Of a DNA stretch of 64,000 nt, positions 59,597-64,000 are shown piece by piece. Both the position numbers and the translations under genes were made by a program. The notes beneath the pieces are model-generated. The model searched no databases and was not told the DNA's origin. It was given only the letters and a program-made list of their open reading frames with translations. Each line of letters starts with the position of its first letter. Positions within the stretch are counted from its first letter, which is position 1. Source of the DNA: a virus; the IMG/VR virus record IMGVR_UViG_3300024999_001421, one strand, 5' to 3'.

Positions 59597-60182
59597 GATG
59601 AATAATATTAAGCGCATATTTCCCGGCCCCGTCAATGGACTAATCAATTGGATGGAAGAAAACTTTGACAGTATAGACGAGTTTATTGTTACCTTTCATC
59701 TTAAAGACGGCACTACAATGACTGTCTATGATGTTTATAGTTACTTTAATGCGCTAGCAATAACTGAGATAAGTAAGGATACTATCCATAAATTGTCTCA
59801 CGATAATGAATTGATACTGAAAACTAAATGAGAACATGGAGGAATTGAAATGAATTTTCCGCAGAATAATGAATTAAAAAGTTATAGTAATATATCTACA
59901 CCGATGAATGAACCTGTATGCGCTAGGGAGTTAACCCCACTAGAAAGCACATTGGAGGCAATAACCCAATCTGTGTATGAAAACAGCAATGTTATCTCTA
60001 TACTCGAAGGAGTTGTGCGGCAACCATATCCTGTATCATGCGAAAGTGGTTCAAAGAATAACGATGTTACATTGTATGAAAAACTATACACTTTGGCCGG
60101 AATTATGGTAGACAATAACAAGGCATTATGGGATCTATCCGACAGACTTAAAAAAGAAATCGGCGACATTAAACTAATCTAG
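59586..60182 (+). other. Two hypothetical genes (59586-59831, 59850-60182)
   Basis: RBS-led ORFs before terL. Confidence 0.55.
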
Positions 60183-60200
60183 TCACAATAAGGTGATCTT

Positions 60201-61799
60201 ATGACTGACCAACAGAAGGAAAAGAAAAAACTATCCGCTCAGAAGTTAAGGGAAAAAGCGGCAGCGAAAGTTGAATTAGAATATCGTAAATCCTCTAAGA
60301 GTGTAGAGTATTTCATAGATAAATACGCTTATATTGAGGATAGAGATGTTCCTGACCTAGTTGCTAAACTTAATTTATGGGACGGTCAGAAGGAAGCGTT
60401 AAGGAAGATTATTGACAGTAAGTTGTCGATTATTCTTAAAGCTAGGCAGTTAGGTTTTACTTGGCTATCTCTTATTTACGGATTGCACGGGGTTATATTT
60501 AGACCTGGATATTCTGTTGTTGCTCTATCTAAGAGGGAAGAAGATGCTAAGGAACTTATTAGGCGTATATGCTTTATTCTTAGGTACCTACCTTCATGGA
60601 TGATTCGTCACGTTAAGGGTACTCCTAAGCAATACCCTAACCCTACATGGGATTCAACAGTATTGTCGGTTACTATCTACCATAAGGGCAAGGAACCTGC
60701 TGTTTTTAACGCTATGTCTGCTGGTCCTGACAGTGGACGTTCTTTCACGGCAAACCTCGTAATACTCGACGAATGGGCGTTTCAGATGTTCGCTAGAGAT
60801 ATTTGGTCTGCTGCTTACCCGACTATTAATCGTCCTACTGGTGGGCAGGTTATTGGGTTGTCTACCGCTAAAAAAGGTACCTTATTTGAGGAAATATTTT
60901 GGAAGGCGTACAACGGTGAAAATACGTTTACGCCTATATTTATGCCTTGGAGTACCGACCCTAGACGTACCCAGGAGTGGTATGAGCAGGTTAAAAAAGA
61001 CTTACCTCATAGTTATATGGCAGAGTATCCAGCGACTCCAGAAGAGGCGTTTACTGCCGGTGAAGGGCAGTTCTTTAAAGAGTTTCGTCGTGATGTGCAT
61101 GTCGTTAAACCGTTTAAGATACCGTCCTGGTGGAAACGGTTCTGCTCTTTAGACTATGGACTTGATATGTGTTCTTGTCACTGGTGGGCAGTATCACCAG
61201 AAGGGATTATGTATGCTTATCGTGAGTTATATCAACCAAACTTAACACTTAGTCAGGCGGCGAAAAAGATTATCTCCATGACACCCAAAGACGAGAAAAT
61301 AAGTTATACGGTTGCTTCTCCTGACTTATGGAATAGACGGCAAGAGACAGGGACAAGCGGCAGGGAGATAATGAACCGTGCCGGGCTAAATAACCTGAGA
61401 AAAGCAAAGCATGAGCGTAAGGCAGGGTGGAGGGCGGTAAGAGAGTATCTGTTAGCTAGGGAAGAAAAGCAGGATATTATGACAGATGAAGGTATTAAGA
61501 CGGAGACTATTTTTACTGCTAAACTAAAAATATTTGATACCTGTAAAAATATGATACGTTGCTTGCCGTTACTTGAACATGATAAAAACGACTCTGAGGA
61601 TGCGGCAGATACTCCACACGAGGTCACGCACAGCAACGAAAGTTTACGCTATTGCGTAATGTCAAGACCTCCCATTTCTAAGGATGAAAAGTTTAACTTT
61701 CCCGATGATATGTCGTTATCTGAGCAGTCAGCAGTTTTAAATAACATTGCGTTTGAGAAAGAATACGAGAAGTTACAGGAACATATTGTAGGTTTTTAA
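60201..61799 (+). CDS. terL: Terminase large subunit
   Basis: ILKARQLGFT, VILDEWAF, LSTA, RNase-H-like LDYG, C-terminal H..ESLRY. Confidence 0.95.
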   Translation: MTDQQKEKKKLSAQKLREKAAAKVELEYRKSSKSVEYFIDKYAYIEDRDVPDLVAKLNLWDGQKEALRKIIDSKLSIILKARQLGFTWLSLIYGLHGVIFRPGYSVVALSKREEDAKELIRRICFILRYLPSWMIRHVKGTPKQYPNPTWDSTVLSVTIYHKGKEPAVFNAMSAGPDSGRSFTANLVILDEWAFQMFARDIWSAAYPTINRPTGGQVIGLSTAKKGTLFEEIFWKAYNGENTFTPIFMPWSTDPRRTQEWYEQVKKDLPHSYMAEYPATPEEAFTAGEGQFFKEFRRDVHVVKPFKIPSWWKRFCSLDYGLDMCSCHWWAVSPEGIMYAYRELYQPNLTLSQAAKKIISMTPKDEKISYTVASPDLWNRRQETGTSGREIMNRAGLNNLRKAKHERKAGWRAVREYLLAREEKQDIMTDEGIKTETIFTAKLKIFDTCKNMIRCLPLLEHDKNDSEDAADTPHEVTHSNESLRYCVMSRPPISKDEKFNFPDDMSLSEQSAVLNNIAFEKEYEKLQEHIVGF

Positions 61800-61974
61800 G
61801 GGAGGGACATATGTGTTCAGTAAATTAATGTGGTATGCAAAACAGATTTTACCTCTTAAATACAAAACAGTATATAAAGAAAACGATGTATGGCACTTTA
61901 CCGAATGGAGAATGTTTTTCGGAAGGTGCTTTTTTATTAACGATATTAAGTTAGATTTTTAAGGGTGTGAACAA

Positions 61975-64000
61975 ATGGACTGGAAAAAACCATTTCGTGC
62001 GTTAAAAAAGAAGGTGAGAGAAATAGTAGCACCTGCTGTAGAATACGATCAAGAGACCCTTGATTTGCTGAAATACTGGCAAGATCAGTTCGAGATTGAC
62101 CGTCAAACGAAGAAAAAGTACGATCTTCTTATGGATTCGTGGGAAAATATGTATAACGGTAATCGCGAATTCGAGAACGTCAACAATAGGCAAGATAAGG
62201 AAGCGAGAACAGTTGTTAACTTCCCTCGCCTAATTATAGAAGCGTTAATTGACATGACTATTCCTGACCATGACTTTAAACCTGTTACCGCTGCCGATGA
62301 AGTGCCGGTTAATGCTTTAAAAAGTTACGTCGGTTATGTGCTGAGAAGTTCTTCACCTTCACTTGAAGAAATGAATATGTCAGACGAGCGCAGAGTAAGT
62401 AAACTTGGCGGTACATTCAAAAAGGTTCACTGGAATAACAACATTAAACGTGCTGGATATGTCGGTGAGATTGAGATTAGCAACCCTCACCCGAAGGATA
62501 TTATACCTAACAAATCATCTATTAACTTCGGCGACGACATGGAGCATTATCATCATCCGGTTAACCGTACACAAAAGTATATTCTTCGCAAATGGAAGGA
62601 TATAACGAGTGACATGCTGGAAGAAAAGGCAATTCTGTATGCCGAGTATGACGAGATATTGGGCGACCAAAGAATAACTACCGTTACCGACACTACCGGA
62701 GTTTCTAAGGATACGGGACTTGGCAAGTATACAATTATTGAGACTACCTACCGCGACGATGACGGAGATATTTGTAAGTTGTGGTGGTCCGGTGATTTAC
62801 TGATTAAGCACCTGCCGAAGTTCTTTTATCGTAGGGACGAGGAAACAGGCGAACCCTATATGACTGAAACTATTGAAGCAGGATCTATGTTGAGAAAGAG
62901 TATAGACGAGCAAGGTAATCCTATCTACTCGAAAATAGACAGCGATATTGAAGCAGAACACTACATACCTACTTGCTGGGATATAGTCTACCAACCGTTT
63001 ATTATGCGTGATAAATGTTGTTGGGGTATATCTATTATGGAAGATGTTTGGGACTTGCAGGAGAGTATTAAGAAAGCAGTGCATATGTATGAAGAATCTT
63101 TCCTTCGTGGTAGGAAGAAGATTTTAACCGATTCTCTTGAAGTGCAAAGAAAACTTATGGACCCAACATCAGAGATAATCCATGTTAATGATCCGAATTC
63201 TGTCAAGGAAGTTGATTTAAGTACCAATATTGACGGTATTCAATTGGTTGATAAATTCAAAGAATGGATGCAACTTATTACCGGCGTAACCGATGCTTCA
63301 TTAGGAGTTCATCAACCAGGAGTAACTTCCGGAGATCAAGCGCAGGCATATATCAGTCAGTCAAGTAATAAATTAGCGATTAAGTCTGCCTATAAGTCAA
63401 CCTCATACAAGACTCTTTACCGCACTATTGCCGAGTTTGCATTGGCGTTCTGTGATGATGATAGACCTTTTCGTATTACAGGAGAGAAGGGCGAGAATAA
63501 ATACGGTCAGTTTAACCGCTTGTCTATGCTTCGTGACGTTAACGGTGACTTAATTTATCCAGACTTCGATATTGAGATTAGTGCAGAAGTCGGATTCATG
63601 AAGAATAAGTCGGAAATGATGAATTCTATCGTGTCTCTTGCAGGGCAGGGACGTTTTGAACCTACTCCTGGAAATATGCTGATACTGAAAATTCTTGATA
63701 AAATCGGTGTTCCGCACCTTAAGGAAGTTATTGGGCAAATGGAGCAGGATATACAGCAGGCACAGGAGATGCAGGCAAAGCAGGAAGAGCAGGCGAAGCA
63801 GATACAGGAACAGCAACTACAGCAGAGTACCGATATGATGCTTGCTAAACAGCAGCATGAGAAAGAACTTGCTGTTACGAAACAGCAGGGAGAACTAAAC
63901 CGCCAGCAGCAATCGCACGACCTTGAAAGTAGTAAAGAGGCTATGAGCGGCGAGTTGCAACAGGGCGCAGTTATGAGTTTTGTGGACAAGTTAAATCAGA
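61975..64000 (+). CDS. Portal protein, P22-like (3' partial; absent from ORF track because the stop is outside the window)
   Basis: Open frame from ATG 61975 to the window end, after terL; ITGVTDASLG......TSG motif and Q-rich barrel coiled coil. Confidence 0.85.
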   Translation, partial: MDWKKPFRALKKKVREIVAPAVEYDQETLDLLKYWQDQFEIDRQTKKKYDLLMDSWENMYNGNREFENVNNRQDKEARTVVNFPRLIIEALIDMTIPDHDFKPVTAADEVPVNALKSYVGYVLRSSSPSLEEMNMSDERRVSKLGGTFKKVHWNNNIKRAGYVGEIEISNPHPKDIIPNKSSINFGDDMEHYHHPVNRTQKYILRKWKDITSDMLEEKAILYAEYDEILGDQRITTVTDTTGVSKDTGLGKYTIIETTYRDDDGDICKLWWSGDLLIKHLPKFFYRRDEETGEPYMTETIEAGSMLRKSIDEQGNPIYSKIDSDIEAEHYIPTCWDIVYQPFIMRDKCCWGISIMEDVWDLQESIKKAVHMYEESFLRGRKKILTDSLEVQRKLMDPTSEIIHVNDPNSVKEVDLSTNIDGIQLVDKFKEWMQLITGVTDASLGVHQPGVTSGDQAQAYISQSSNKLAIKSAYKSTSYKTLYRTIAEFALAFCDDDRPFRITGEKGENKYGQFNRLSMLRDVNGDLIYPDFDIEISAEVGFMKNKSEMMNSIVSLAGQGRFEPTPGNMLILKILDKIGVPHLKEVIGQMEQDIQQAQEMQAKQEEQAKQIQEQQLQQSTDMMLAKQQHEKELAVTKQQGELNRQQQSHDLESSKEAMSGELQQGAVMSFVDKLNQ

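Noticed and set aside
1-64000. Genome-wide stop-codon reassignment
   Set aside because: Long genes are intact in code 11, all three stops are used, and there is no suppressor tRNA; the 16248 TGA is isolated

Overview
This window holds most of the genome of a tailed phage of a spore-forming Bacillota host (probably Clostridia). It is likely podovirus-type, with a P22-like portal and tail-tube logic and large ejection proteins. The window opens in the head-tail adaptor/tail genes and closes inside the portal gene, so apparently only the capsid region is missing. Gene order: tail/virion module with a free-standing LAGLIDADG gene; RepA_N cassette; antirepressor; lysis; two tRNAs; an array of promoter-gene/RNA-terminator cassettes (Tad2-like DUF2829, ligase-Ia domain, a skipping-rope-like RNA); FtsK plus Replic_Relax; CI/Cro switch; recombination, replication and nucleotide metabolism (RecT, primase-helicase, ThyX, dCMP deaminase, DpdA-like plus VUT transporter); sporulation regulators (AbrB, Spo0E, Spo0A C-terminal domain); a leftward operon of small genes; RepL-like; terminase and portal. 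No integrase is visible, which suggests a phage-plasmid lifestyle. The most striking unannotated signal is in the leftward operon. Two canonical type I hammerhead ribozymes sit right after stop codons and bracket a single 94-aa gene, followed by a structured RNA of about 200 nt, and six of the downstream gene junctions carry long RNase III-like stems. All family assignments come from motif recognition by eye; no database search was run.
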